Part shown: piece by piece, positions 50,201 to 58,921 of the stretch
Layout: the number at the start of each line of letters is the position of its first letter
Position numbering within the stretch: the stretch's first letter is position 1
Source of the DNA: an uncultured Muribaculaceae bacterium
GTDB taxonomy: Bacteria; Bacteroidota; Bacteroidia; Bacteroidales; UBA932
Assembly (NCBI GenBank): GCA_964450725.1
Contig: CAYVGO010000005.1
Coordinates: 5,416 to 69,415 of the forward strand
Direction of reading: 5' to 3'
DNA length: 64,000 nucleotides
Program-made: the position numbers and the translations under genes
Notes under the pieces: generated by a model
What the model was told of the DNA's origin: nothing
Seen by the model: only the letters and a program-made list of their open reading frames with translations
The model's database searches: none

Positions 50201-51203
50201 AAAGGATATTGAACATGTATTTGAACGTTTTTATCAATCTGACGCACACCGTCAAATCAATCATCAAGGTTCCGGCATTGGGTTATCGTTAGTCAAACAA
50301 TATGTTGAACTGCATGGCGGTAAAATTACGGTTGAGAGTAAAGAAAATAAAGGGTCAACATTCAAGGTTATTATTCCGGTCAAAGAATCTTCTCTCGCTG
50401 TAATGGAAACTAAAAAAATCAGCAAAGAAAGAAGTAGTAAATATACTGTGCTTATTGTTGAAGACAATGTAGATATTTCAAATTATATTGAACAACAATT
50501 GTCAGATTTTCACTGTATTATTGCACACAATGGAAAAATTGCAATAGAAAAAGCATTAGTAGAAAATCCTGATTTGATTATTTCTGATGTTATGATGCCT
50601 TTTGTTGATGGACTAACAATGAGCAAAATTCTCAAAGAAAACATACACACTGCCACCATTCCCATTATTTTATTGACGGCAAAAACTGACCCCAAAACAG
50701 AACAAGAGGCTTATAAAATAGGAGTAGAACTCTTTATTTCAAAGCCTTTTGATATTAAACTTCTTCAAGAGCGGATGATTGCCATATTGCAAAAACAAGA
50801 GAATCTTCTGTCTAAAATCAAACAATCTGTAATCATAGAAAAACCTATTAACGTTGAAGAACTCACGTCTGAAAACGAACGCTTTTTAGATAAAATCACC
50901 TCAATCATTGAAAAAAATCTTGATAATGATGACCTTAATGTAGAACACCTTTCAAAAATATCAGGTATCAGCAAAAAACAGATTTATCGTCGTATTAAAC
51001 AATTGACCGGAAAAAATACGATTGAATATATTACCTCTATTCGAATGAAGAAAGCGGCTCTGCTCTTAAAACAAAATAAATTTACTATTTCAGAAGTCAT
51101 GTATATGGTCGGCTTTTCTTCACATTCTTATTTTGCTAAATGTTTTTCAGAGCATTACCAAAAAACGCCTACAGAATATAGTAAACAACCCTTTGACAGG
51201 TAA
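47271..51203 (+). CDS. Hybrid two-component system sensor/regulator (periplasmic beta-propeller/Y_Y_Y, HisKA, HATPase, REC, AraC HTH)
   Basis: 1310 aa; H-box SHEFKTPLS; TDTGAGI; receiver DVMMPFVDG; C-terminal AraC-type HTH (GFSSHSYFAKCF). Confidence 0.92.
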   Translation: MRRFIVFTIFVLTLDSLLALPVNKQRKFENYFSAMQQINAFFQDKKGQIWCSTTDGLLLFDGQSFVKQTSFTSKGLDAFTVYCLIQQSDSLFLLGTSNGLVIFDAVHNHYKQINFTERFDIRSLCSLADNTLLLGTMSGLFRINLTTETIIPFPETKNQIIHAIHALSEDKILVGGYQQLFMVKIERSQTYSIAQINLPNSQNGLVLSMMYDKNSDNILIGTEGSLLKMSVKSHKISSINKLNNNSIKAILVTQDNHWWLGSDNGLYIYNPADNSIEHLLHRFNFSQSLIDNVVWSIFQDKDNNIWLGTDSGISLYRHSPIFTTYYWNELAETGEGNRISSIFYDSFNNLWLGGSNGLCCYNFSNGQSRLFKMKESQDLIAHNHIRYCFEDRDRNFWMASDGGLSFYDRTNHRFIRFSICDSSQTRHIDWLYHITEDNEGFLWLTTYQHGVFKVNKKNLLTQKSSPYIADNNWHKGTSPENLSLSRIQNATLDKKGNLWVATTKDGVNQINRLTGKITRFNNSRGDVIIPSNEIFYILCDMNGKIWLGMNGQIVVLDPETYQIKSLSNPFFKNKSIISMTEEGERIWCATPQDIFYIEKKSQHIFPLLLEKGYFNSIYYDTEKHDIWVGGNDKCLVFNPTDAVNFNNDEHTPVLTSLYINEQPVIVGESYNSHTILKQSLLYTRQINLTHQQNNVSFVLSPSFYSDLPYQPYQYRLEGLDNQWRTINKLPVKLTFSNLNPGEYTLIIKQHNNLPAKKDYSYQLNILINNAWYWSITARTIYLILFVAFIIWVYNYFRIRYQMRIEKINRQKIEELTDLKIKFLTNVSHEFKTPLSLIISPVNQLIHEVKNHAVKQTLSLVHHNALQLNALLHRLLDFNNSSLPENSLTCCKLEIVEFCRGILGMYQDSYPQLNFHFHTETTTLYLYADIVKIESILNNLLSNACKFTPQNGSITLSVNQSDNDVVIIITDTGAGIPEKDIEHVFERFYQSDAHRQINHQGSGIGLSLVKQYVELHGGKITVESKENKGSTFKVIIPVKESSLAVMETKKISKERSSKYTVLIVEDNVDISNYIEQQLSDFHCIIAHNGKIAIEKALVENPDLIISDVMMPFVDGLTMSKILKENIHTATIPIILLTAKTDPKTEQEAYKIGVELFISKPFDIKLLQERMIAILQKQENLLSKIKQSVIIEKPINVEELTSENERFLDKITSIIEKNLDNDDLNVEHLSKISGISKKQIYRRIKQLTGKNTIEYITSIRMKKAALLLKQNKFTISEVMYMVGFSSHSYFAKCFSEHYQKTPTEYSKQPFDR

Positions 51204-51464
51204 TTTCCACTTTTCAAATCTTTCAATAAAATCAAGAATCTAAGAATCGTTGACTGAATCAACGAAAATAGTCGATGTTTTACATTTGAAATCTTGATAA
51301 ATAGATTTTCAATGAGATTGATATTCGATTTATAAAATATATTATTTCCTGACTCTGTGAGTCAAATTTATAATTATTCCAAAATTTTGACGAACTTTGC
51401 AGGATAAGCATGGACTATACTCTGCTTCATGTTGAATTATGTAAAACATTTAATCCAAATTATT

Positions 51465-52535
51465 ATGAAACGTAATCTTTTTTTGTTCACTTTGCTTTTT
51501 ACAATGTGTACTATTCTTTCTGCACAATTACAAAACAGTGATGTTTGGGAATTTCCTGAAATGAAGAAAAATCAATACCGCCGGTTAATATCAATTCCTG
51601 ACGTTAATGGTTTTAAGGTCGTTAAATGTGACTTTCATGTACATACTTTTTTTTCTGATGGTGATGTAAGTCCGGTGTTAAGAGTTGAAGAAGCTTGGAC
51701 AGACGGATTAGATGCTATTGCCATTACCGACCATTTGGAATATAAAAAATATAAAGAAATTGTACGTGCGGATGATAATGAATCATACAAATTGGCTCAA
51801 AAACGTGCACAAAATATTGGTCTTACATTAATTAAAGGAACTGAAATTACAAAATCAAAACCTTTTGGGCACATGAACGCACTTTTTATTCAAGATGCCA
51901 ATATTATTCAAAATCCGGACGGAGCAAAAGCAATGGAGGCAGCATTGACGCAAGGTGCATTCATTTTATGGAATCACCCAGGGTGGCCTAATGATACTTC
52001 AACACTTTATCCCATGCACCAACAGTGGTTGAGCGACAAAAAAATACATGGCGTAGAAGTATTTAATGATACGGAAATGTATCACAAAGCAATAGAATGG
52101 TGTAATAAATATAACATCGCTATTATTGGAAATACGGATATTCACGGTATTATAAAAATGGAATACGGAGAAGCATTACGACCAATGACTTTAGTCTTTG
52201 CAAAAAGTACATCCTCTGAAGATATTCGTGAAGCAATGTTTGCTCAACGTACGGCAGCATTTTTCAACAATCAACTGGTCGGACAAAAAACATGGATGCA
52301 GCAACTGGTTTTATCATCATTACAAGTAAAACGTATTGAAAAATCTATTCAAATAACGAATATTTCTGACATCCCTTTCCAAATCAAAAATGGCAAACGA
52401 TTGATTTTCTTACCTGCAAGAACAACAACACAAACATCTATAGACAGTAATCAACCTTTAACTTTTGTCAATGTGTGGATTGGTGAGTTTCAGAACCTTA
52501 CTTTACCTGTTTCAGAAATAACAGAACAAAAATAA
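51465..52535 (+). CDS. Secreted PHP-domain metallo-phosphoesterase
   Basis: CDFHVHTFFSDGD and AITDHLEY PHP motifs; signal peptide starts at MKRNLFLFTLLF (ATG 51465, where the track uses ATG 51429). Confidence 0.7.
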   Translation: MKRNLFLFTLLFTMCTILSAQLQNSDVWEFPEMKKNQYRRLISIPDVNGFKVVKCDFHVHTFFSDGDVSPVLRVEEAWTDGLDAIAITDHLEYKKYKEIVRADDNESYKLAQKRAQNIGLTLIKGTEITKSKPFGHMNALFIQDANIIQNPDGAKAMEAALTQGAFILWNHPGWPNDTSTLYPMHQQWLSDKKIHGVEVFNDTEMYHKAIEWCNKYNIAIIGNTDIHGIIKMEYGEALRPMTLVFAKSTSSEDIREAMFAQRTAAFFNNQLVGQKTWMQQLVLSSLQVKRIEKSIQITNISDIPFQIKNGKRLIFLPARTTTQTSIDSNQPLTFVNVWIGEFQNLTLPVSEITEQK

Positions 52536-52537
52536 TC

Positions 52538-53623
52538 ATGAAACTTTACATACTATTACTAACCTTGGCTATTTACAGTTGTAATGCTTTTCAACATTCT
52601 AATATTACAACACATCCTCTTACCGTTTTACCGTCATTAGACAGTAGTTACGCCATCGGTGTTGCGGGTGCTTTTGCCGGAATCCACAATCATCGATTGA
52701 TCGTTGCCGGAGGAGCAAATTTTCCGGAACAAAAACCTTGGGACGGAGGTCGAAAAATTTGGTACGACAATCTTTATATTTTTGATATAAAACATAAAAA
52801 ATGGGTTGACAGCACTTACAGATTACCACAAAAAATGGGATATGGTTATTCGTTTTCTATGCCAGACCAAGTTATTTTTGTCGGAGGTGATAATGAAGAA
52901 CGTTTTCTGTCTGATGTTTATACTGTAAAATATGATACTTTACAACAAGCCATACAGATAGATACACTTCCTTCTTTGCCGCTGCCGCTATCAAATATGA
53001 CCGGTATAGCCATTGGTAAAGAATTATACATTGCCGGAGGAATAACAGCCAATAGTCTGTTTACCAAAACTTTTTTAAAATTAGATTTACGGCAACCTGA
53101 AAAAGGATGGCAGCAGTTACCTGAGTGGAACGGACAACCGCTGGCTTTGGGAATGTTGGTGAAACAAGGAGATTACTTATTACTTTTTTCCGGTAGAGGG
53201 ATGGACAACGGTAAACTTACACCTTATAAATCTGTTTATAAATATTCTTTAATCGACAATACGTGGGAAACATTAACGGTTACTAATTCTCAAATATTGA
53301 TGGGTGGAATCGCTGTTCCTCAGACTGACTCAACCGTACTTTTTTTATCCGGAGATAATGGTGAAGTATTACAAAAAATCATCAACTTGCAGTTACAGGG
53401 GTTGAAAGATTCTGCTTTTACTTTACAAAAACAGCATCAAGGCTTTGGAAACTTGGTATATCTTTTTAATACGCATCAATCAAGTTTTGAAGAATATTGT
53501 CAACTACTCATTGGCGGCAGAGTTACTGCTCCGGTTGTAGGTTATGACAATGGTTATATTGTTGTTTCCGGCGAAATCCGACCCGGCATCAGAACTCCGG
53601 AAGTGATAATGTATGAGTTTTAA
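52538..53623 (+). CDS. Kelch-repeat cyclically-permuted mutarotase family protein (NanM-like)
   Basis: 361 aa; signal peptide; GGANFPEQKPWDGGRKIWYDNLYIFD, typical of the family by eye. Confidence 0.65.
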   Translation: MKLYILLLTLAIYSCNAFQHSNITTHPLTVLPSLDSSYAIGVAGAFAGIHNHRLIVAGGANFPEQKPWDGGRKIWYDNLYIFDIKHKKWVDSTYRLPQKMGYGYSFSMPDQVIFVGGDNEERFLSDVYTVKYDTLQQAIQIDTLPSLPLPLSNMTGIAIGKELYIAGGITANSLFTKTFLKLDLRQPEKGWQQLPEWNGQPLALGMLVKQGDYLLLFSGRGMDNGKLTPYKSVYKYSLIDNTWETLTVTNSQILMGGIAVPQTDSTVLFLSGDNGEVLQKIINLQLQGLKDSAFTLQKQHQGFGNLVYLFNTHQSSFEEYCQLLIGGRVTAPVVGYDNGYIVVSGEIRPGIRTPEVIMYEF

Positions 53624-53749
53624 GCATTTTATGAATACCATAACCCCAAACAAAGTAATACAACTTTTGGTTTTCATCAATTGCAGTTTTATTACTTCTC
53701 TCAATTGTTAAAAAAAATCATTACTCTACTCTTTTTTTACGAAAAACAT

Positions 53750-53757
53750 TACCTTTG
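53750..53757 (+). promoter_or_regulatory. Candidate -7 box TACCTTTG for glyA
   Basis: 45 nt upstream of ATG 53803. Confidence 0.5.
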
Positions 53758-53802
53758 CAACACAATAAATTACTCATAGTGCTTTAAAATCACTCTATTT
53801 TT

Positions 53803-55083
53803 ATGCAAAACGACTCTCTCATTTTTGATCTAATCCAAGAAGAAAAACGAAGACAAACAGAAGGTATAGAACTTATAGCTTCGGAAAATTACGTCAGCCA
53901 ACGCGTAATGAATGCCATGGGCTCAATTCTTACCAACAAATATGCTGAAGGATACCCAGCAGCCCGTTATTACGGCGGTTGCGCAGTGGTAGATAAAATA
54001 GAACAATTAACCATTGACAGATTGTGTCAACTTTACGGAGTAGAATATGCCAACGTACAACCTCACTCAGGTGCACAGGCAAATATGGCTGTATATATGG
54101 CTGTGTTGAAGCCTGGAGACACGGTGATGGGTTTAGATTTATCACACGGCGGACATCTTACGCATGGTTCTCCGGTGAATATGTCTGGCATGTGGTTTAA
54201 TATCGTTTCTTACGGTGTAAAAGAAAGCGATGGATTGATTGATTACGATGCTATGGAAAAAAAAGCATTGGAACATCGTCCTAAATTATTGATTGGCGGA
54301 GCATCTGCATATTCAAGAGAGTGGGATTATGAACGCATGCGGTCAATTGCCGATAAAGTCGGAGCTATTTTATGGGTAGATATGGCTCACCCCGCAGGAC
54401 TAATTGCTGCCGGATTACTCAAAAATCCTTGTCAACATGCTCACATTGTAACTTCGACAACTCATAAAACTTTACGTGGCCCTCGCGGTGGTGTAATTTT
54501 GGTTGGAAAAGATTTTGAAAATACATGGGGACAGAAAACTCCAAAAGGTGAAACAAAAAAAATATCACAACTATTAAACTCTGCGGTATTTCCCGGAATA
54601 CAAGGAGGTCCGTTAGAACATGTAATTGCAGCAAAAGGAGTAGCATTTTTTGAAGCACTACAACCTGAATTTAAAACTTATCAACAGCAAGTACGAAAAA
54701 ATGCCCAAACATTGGCTGACGCATTTATCAACTTAGGATATAAAATATTTTCCGGAGGAACAGACAACCACTTAATGTTAATAGATTTAAGGTCAAAATA
54801 CCCTGATGTTACCGGAAAACAAGTAGAAAACTGGTTAGGAGAAGTGGATATTACTGTTAATAAAAATATGGTACCTTTTGATACGCGTTCTCCGTTTCAA
54901 ACTTCAGGATTTCGTGTTGGAACACCAGCCATTACTACTCGTGGGTTGAAAGAGCAACAAATGCCTACTATTGCAAAATATATTGACAACGCCATAGCAC
55001 ATCTCGGAGATAATTCTTGGGCTGCTAAAACATCTGCAGAAATCAGGGAAATGATGTCAGGTTATCCTTTGTTTGCGGAATAG
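53803..55083 (+). CDS. glyA: Serine hydroxymethyltransferase
   Basis: 426 aa; [17 protein letters not shown]-Lys motif. Confidence 0.97.
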   Translation: MQNDSLIFDLIQEEKRRQTEGIELIASENYVSQRVMNAMGSILTNKYAEGYPAARYYGGCAVVDKIEQLTIDRLCQLYGVEYANVQPHSGAQANMAVYMAVLKPGDTVMGLDLSHGGHLTHGSPVNMSGMWFNIVSYGVKESDGLIDYDAMEKKALEHRPKLLIGGASAYSREWDYERMRSIADKVGAILWVDMAHPAGLIAAGLLKNPCQHAHIVTSTTHKTLRGPRGGVILVGKDFENTWGQKTPKGETKKISQLLNSAVFPGIQGGPLEHVIAAKGVAFFEALQPEFKTYQQQVRKNAQTLADAFINLGYKIFSGGTDNHLMLIDLRSKYPDVTGKQVENWLGEVDITVNKNMVPFDTRSPFQTSGFRVGTPAITTRGLKEQQMPTIAKYIDNAIAHLGDNSWAAKTSAEIREMMSGYPLFAE

Positions 55084-55174
55084 CAAAAAATACGTATGAA
55101 ATCACTACTTGTCGAATATTTGTAGCCTCCCATATTGACACCAATATCAGGAGTAATATAAAATACAAAAACCA

Positions 55175-56035
55175 ATGTCAAAATATTTTAATCCTTATAC
55201 CGATTTTGGGTTTAAAAAATTGTTTGGTGAAGAGGCAAACAAAGATATTTTGATGGATTTTTTGAACGAAGTTTTACGTGACGAACAACCACAAATTACT
55301 AATATTGAATATCTTAAAACCGAACAGTTAGGACTTCGTCCACACGACAGAAAAGCTATTTTTGATTTGTATTGTACCAATAAAAAAGGAGAACATTTTA
55401 TTGTAGAAATGCAAAAAGCAAGACAGGAATTTTTTAAAGACAGAGCATTATATTACAGTACTTTCCCTATTCAACAACAAGCAGAAAAAGGCGAAAATTG
55501 GAACTACAAACTTGAACCTGTTTACATGATTGCTATTGTAAACTTTGAAATCAATGATGGTGAAAGCACTCCTGATAAATATATGACTAAAGCCAAAATT
55601 AGTGATGTAGAAACTCATCATATTTTCTATGACAAATTGACTTTTATCTTTTTGGAGATGCCCAAGTTCAACAAAGAATTAGATAAAATAGAAACTAAAT
55701 TTGAGAAATGGCTTTATTTATTGAAATATTTACCGAAGTTTGAAAGAATGCCCGATAAGTTGAAAGAAACTGTCTTTCAAAAAGTTTTCCAGATTGCCGA
55801 ATTGAGTAACTTATCCAACAAACAGTTAAACCAATACAACGACAGTTTAAAACAACTTTGGGATATGCAGAACGTTTTAGATACATCATTCCATGATGGA
55901 GAAAGGGCTGGATTGGAGAAGGGAAAAATCGAAGGAAAAATCGAAATAGCACGTAGAATGAAAGCAATAAATATTCCATTAGAGCAAATTGTAGCACTGA
56001 CCGATTTATTGCCTGAAGAAATTGAAAATTTGTAA
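55175..56035 (+). CDS. Rpn-family recombination-promoting nuclease / PD-(D/E)XK putative transposase
   Basis: 286 aa; N-terminus YFNPYTDFGFKKLFGEE and DLYC...IVEMQ core, typical of the family. Confidence 0.8.
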   Translation: MSKYFNPYTDFGFKKLFGEEANKDILMDFLNEVLRDEQPQITNIEYLKTEQLGLRPHDRKAIFDLYCTNKKGEHFIVEMQKARQEFFKDRALYYSTFPIQQQAEKGENWNYKLEPVYMIAIVNFEINDGESTPDKYMTKAKISDVETHHIFYDKLTFIFLEMPKFNKELDKIETKFEKWLYLLKYLPKFERMPDKLKETVFQKVFQIAELSNLSNKQLNQYNDSLKQLWDMQNVLDTSFHDGERAGLEKGKIEGKIEIARRMKAINIPLEQIVALTDLLPEEIENL

Positions 56036-56048
56036 ACAATATTTAATT

Positions 56049-57107
56049 ATGAAAAAATACCTTACATTAGTATTTATCTTTACAACAAGTATCGTTTTTG
56101 GTCAACCTAAAATGGAATTTGCTAAAACTACTCATGACTTTGGGAGTGTTCCCGAAGAAGGTGGTAATGTTTCATATTCCTTTGAGTTTACAAATACCGG
56201 AAATGCTCCGGTTATTTTGACTAACGTAACGGCAAGTTGCGGTTGTACCACTCCCGAATGGTCGCGTGAACCGGTTTTACCTGGGAAAAAAGGTAGTATC
56301 ACAGCAACTTTTGATCCAATGAGAAGGCCGGGTATCAATGAAAAAGAGATTACTGTAAACTCAAATGTAGGAAAAGCAAGTCTAAAGATTAGAGCCAACG
56401 TAAAACCGAGTGAAGCCGGTGGAGAAGCAAGAAAATATAGGTTTTCATTAGGATCTCTCAAGATGTCGCATTCTGTACTGAACATTACTTCTATTGTCAA
56501 CACGCAAACTGTTATTGACTCCGTAGGAATTTTCAATAATACACAAAAACCCATGACCATTACATTTCAAAAGGTACCGCCTCATGTAAAATTACGTACC
56601 ATTCCTGCAATTTTATCTCCAAACAGCGGCGGATATATTGTTTGTACTTATGACGCCGTGAAAAAAAATGATTACGGATTTGTAACTGATAAAGTAACAC
56701 TGGTCATCAATAATAAGCCCGAACCCACTCCTTTGGAAATTGTTGCCAACATTGGAGAAGATTTTTCAAAGTTATCACAACATGATTTAGATAATAGTCC
56801 ACAACCTCAATTAGACTTAGCAACCAAAGACTTGGGAAAAATCAAAAAAGGAAGTGAACATAAAATTGTTTACCGTTTAACCAATAACGGTGGACGTGAT
56901 ATGATGATAAGAAAGCAAAATGTTAGTAATCCCGGAATGAAAGTTATTGCTTGTCCATCAGTTATTAAACCGGGAGAAACTGTAAATGTCGAAGTATTAT
57001 TTAAAGCACCTTCACAAGCAGGACGTAAGTTTGAGCAACTGACACTGATTATTAATAATCCTCACAGACCCATCCTTTCTTTACGTTTAAAAGCAGAAAT
57101 TGAATAG
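56049..57107 (+). CDS. DUF1573-domain secreted protein (repeated Ig-like modules)
   Basis: F.F.NTGNAPVILTNVTASCGCTTPEW motif; signal peptide from ATG 56049 (the track start 56022 is TTG inside the upstream gene). Confidence 0.8.
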   Translation: MKKYLTLVFIFTTSIVFGQPKMEFAKTTHDFGSVPEEGGNVSYSFEFTNTGNAPVILTNVTASCGCTTPEWSREPVLPGKKGSITATFDPMRRPGINEKEITVNSNVGKASLKIRANVKPSEAGGEARKYRFSLGSLKMSHSVLNITSIVNTQTVIDSVGIFNNTQKPMTITFQKVPPHVKLRTIPAILSPNSGGYIVCTYDAVKKNDYGFVTDKVTLVINNKPEPTPLEIVANIGEDFSKLSQHDLDNSPQPQLDLATKDLGKIKKGSEHKIVYRLTNNGGRDMMIRKQNVSNPGMKVIACPSVIKPGETVNVEVLFKAPSQAGRKFEQLTLIINNPHRPILSLRLKAEIE

Positions 57108-57134
57108 TTATTTATTAAAAAATCATCAAGAGTT

Positions 57135-57689
57135 ATGGAATTAAAAGATATTCTTACAGTACACGGACAAAGCGGACTTTTTAAGTATGTATCACAAGGA
57201 AGAAATGGTATTATTGTAGAGCAAATTGATGCTGCAAAACGTCGAACATCAGTATCATCAACTACAAGAATAAGTTCTATGCAAGATATTGTTATCTTTA
57301 CGGCAGAGGGAGATATTCCTCTCCGAAAAGTTTTCTTAGCACTTAAAGAACATACCAAAGGTGAATTAGCCCTCTCTCACAAAAGTGCAGATGAAGAACT
57401 CAAAATATACTTTGAACAAATTGTTCCTAACTACAGCAAAGATAAAGTTCATTTATCTGATATTAAAAAGATGTTATCTTGGTATAACATTTTACAGCAA
57501 TGTAATATCATTGGTGAATTAAAATTAGATGAAGAGGAAACAGTTCAGGAAACAACAGATGAAACTACACCTGTAAAATCAGCGGTACCAAAGTCTAAAT
57601 CTACTGTTACCAAACCTTCAAATAATGCAAAACCGGTATCTAAATCTGCCGGAGGTCAAAAAATGACCATACCGCGAAAAGCACAGTAG
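57135..57689 (+). CDS. DUF5606-like protein with low-complexity basic C-terminal tail
   Basis: 184 aa; N-terminus ILTVHGQSGLFKYVSQGRNGIIVE resembles DUF5606 (from memory); the CDS itself is well supported. Confidence 0.65.
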   Translation: MELKDILTVHGQSGLFKYVSQGRNGIIVEQIDAAKRRTSVSSTTRISSMQDIVIFTAEGDIPLRKVFLALKEHTKGELALSHKSADEELKIYFEQIVPNYSKDKVHLSDIKKMLSWYNILQQCNIIGELKLDEEETVQETTDETTPVKSAVPKSKSTVTKPSNNAKPVSKSAGGQKMTIPRKAQ

Positions 57690-57707
57690 GCTTTCAATAA
57701 CGAATTT

Positions 57708-57752
57708 AAAAATTACGAATTACGAAGATAATATTCGTAATCCGTAATTTTT
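57708..57752 (+). terminator. Rho-independent terminator after the DUF5606-like gene
   Basis: 19-bp stem with 1 mismatch (AAAAATTACGAATTACGAA / TTCGTAATCCGTAATTTTT) running into a T-run. Confidence 0.7.
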
Positions 57753-57847
57753 AATTTTATAAAAATCCCTAAAGAAAACTTTTGTAGGACATTGTTCTGT
57801 TGATAATCCATCATTCATACCTTTAATCATCCTTAAACTTATTACGT

Positions 57848-58912
57848 ATGAAGTCAAAAAAAATCATATACATTTTATTGCTTTTGTCAGCAATCATTGT
57901 ATATTTGGTATATGTTTTTTTCTTTTCTACATCTACCCAGCCTTTTGAAGAACCTGTACAAAAAAAATCAACCGGCAGTAACGCTATTGTTGCACAGGTT
58001 TTCTTGATACATCCTACAAAATTCAATACAGGTATTCAGGCTGTAGGAACACTTTTACCCAATGAAGAAGTGGCTATTGTGAGTGAAACTGCGGGAAAAG
58101 TCGTCGGTATTTATTTTGATGAAGGAAAGCAAGTCAGCAAAGGACAATTATTGGTAAAGGTCGATGATTCTGAATTACAAGCACAACTCAAACGTGCTGA
58201 ATATCAACTACAGTTAACCTCTGAGAGACTGAATCGACAGAAAGTTCTTTTGGAAAAAGATGCAGTAAGTCGTGAGGAATTTGACCAAGTGCAAACAGAC
58301 TATAATATTTTACAAACCGACATTGACTTACTGAAAACTAAAATTACAAAGACTGAAATTCGTGCTCCTTTCGGAGGGACGATCGGATTACGAACAATCA
58401 GTGTCGGTAGTTATCTGCAACCCAATACAGAAATCAGCACCTTGGTAGATCAACATCTTCTGAAATTGGAATTTGCCATACCCGAAAAATATGCCACTCT
58501 TTCTTTAATTGGAAAAAATATTACATTTCAAACAGAAGTTTCACCTCAACAATATCGGGCAAAAGTATATGCCATAGAACCAAAAGTAGATATTACGACC
58601 CGAACCGTAGTAGTACGAGGAATATATGACAATACAACAACAACCTTATCCGGAGGAATGTTTGCCCGGCTAAACCTAATTATTGATGAGTCTCCAACAG
58701 TTATTCTCATTCCAACCGAATCGGTAATACAGGAAATGGAAGGGAAAAAAGTATGGAAAGTAAATAGCGGTATTGCAAAATCTCAGCCTATCACTACCGG
58801 TTTCAGAACCGAAACACAAGTAGAAGTTTTATCCGGGTTAAGAGTTGGTGATACCATCATGACTACGGGTTTAATGCAAGTGAGAGAAGGTGTAAATATA
58901 AACATACAATAA
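57848..58912 (+). CDS. RND efflux periplasmic adaptor (MFP/HlyD family)
   Basis: 354 aa; N-terminal anchor, coiled-coil hairpin, APFGGTIG lipoyl-like motif. Confidence 0.9.
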   Translation: MKSKKIIYILLLLSAIIVYLVYVFFFSTSTQPFEEPVQKKSTGSNAIVAQVFLIHPTKFNTGIQAVGTLLPNEEVAIVSETAGKVVGIYFDEGKQVSKGQLLVKVDDSELQAQLKRAEYQLQLTSERLNRQKVLLEKDAVSREEFDQVQTDYNILQTDIDLLKTKITKTEIRAPFGGTIGLRTISVGSYLQPNTEISTLVDQHLLKLEFAIPEKYATLSLIGKNITFQTEVSPQQYRAKVYAIEPKVDITTRTVVVRGIYDNTTTTLSGGMFARLNLIIDESPTVILIPTESVIQEMEGKKVWKVNSGIAKSQPITTGFRTETQVEVLSGLRVGDTIMTTGLMQVREGVNINIQ

Positions 58913-58921
58913 ATCTGCCGT

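Noticed and set aside
51349-51363. Palindrome TGACTC-tgt-GAGTCA upstream of the PHP phosphoesterase gene as an operator
   Set aside because: It is a single 6-bp dyad, easily produced by chance, with no nearby regulator gene to associate with it.
55175-56035. Calling the Rpn-family gene a mobile element
   Set aside because: No terminal inverted repeats, target-site duplications or accompanying genes are visible, so it is annotated as a CDS only.
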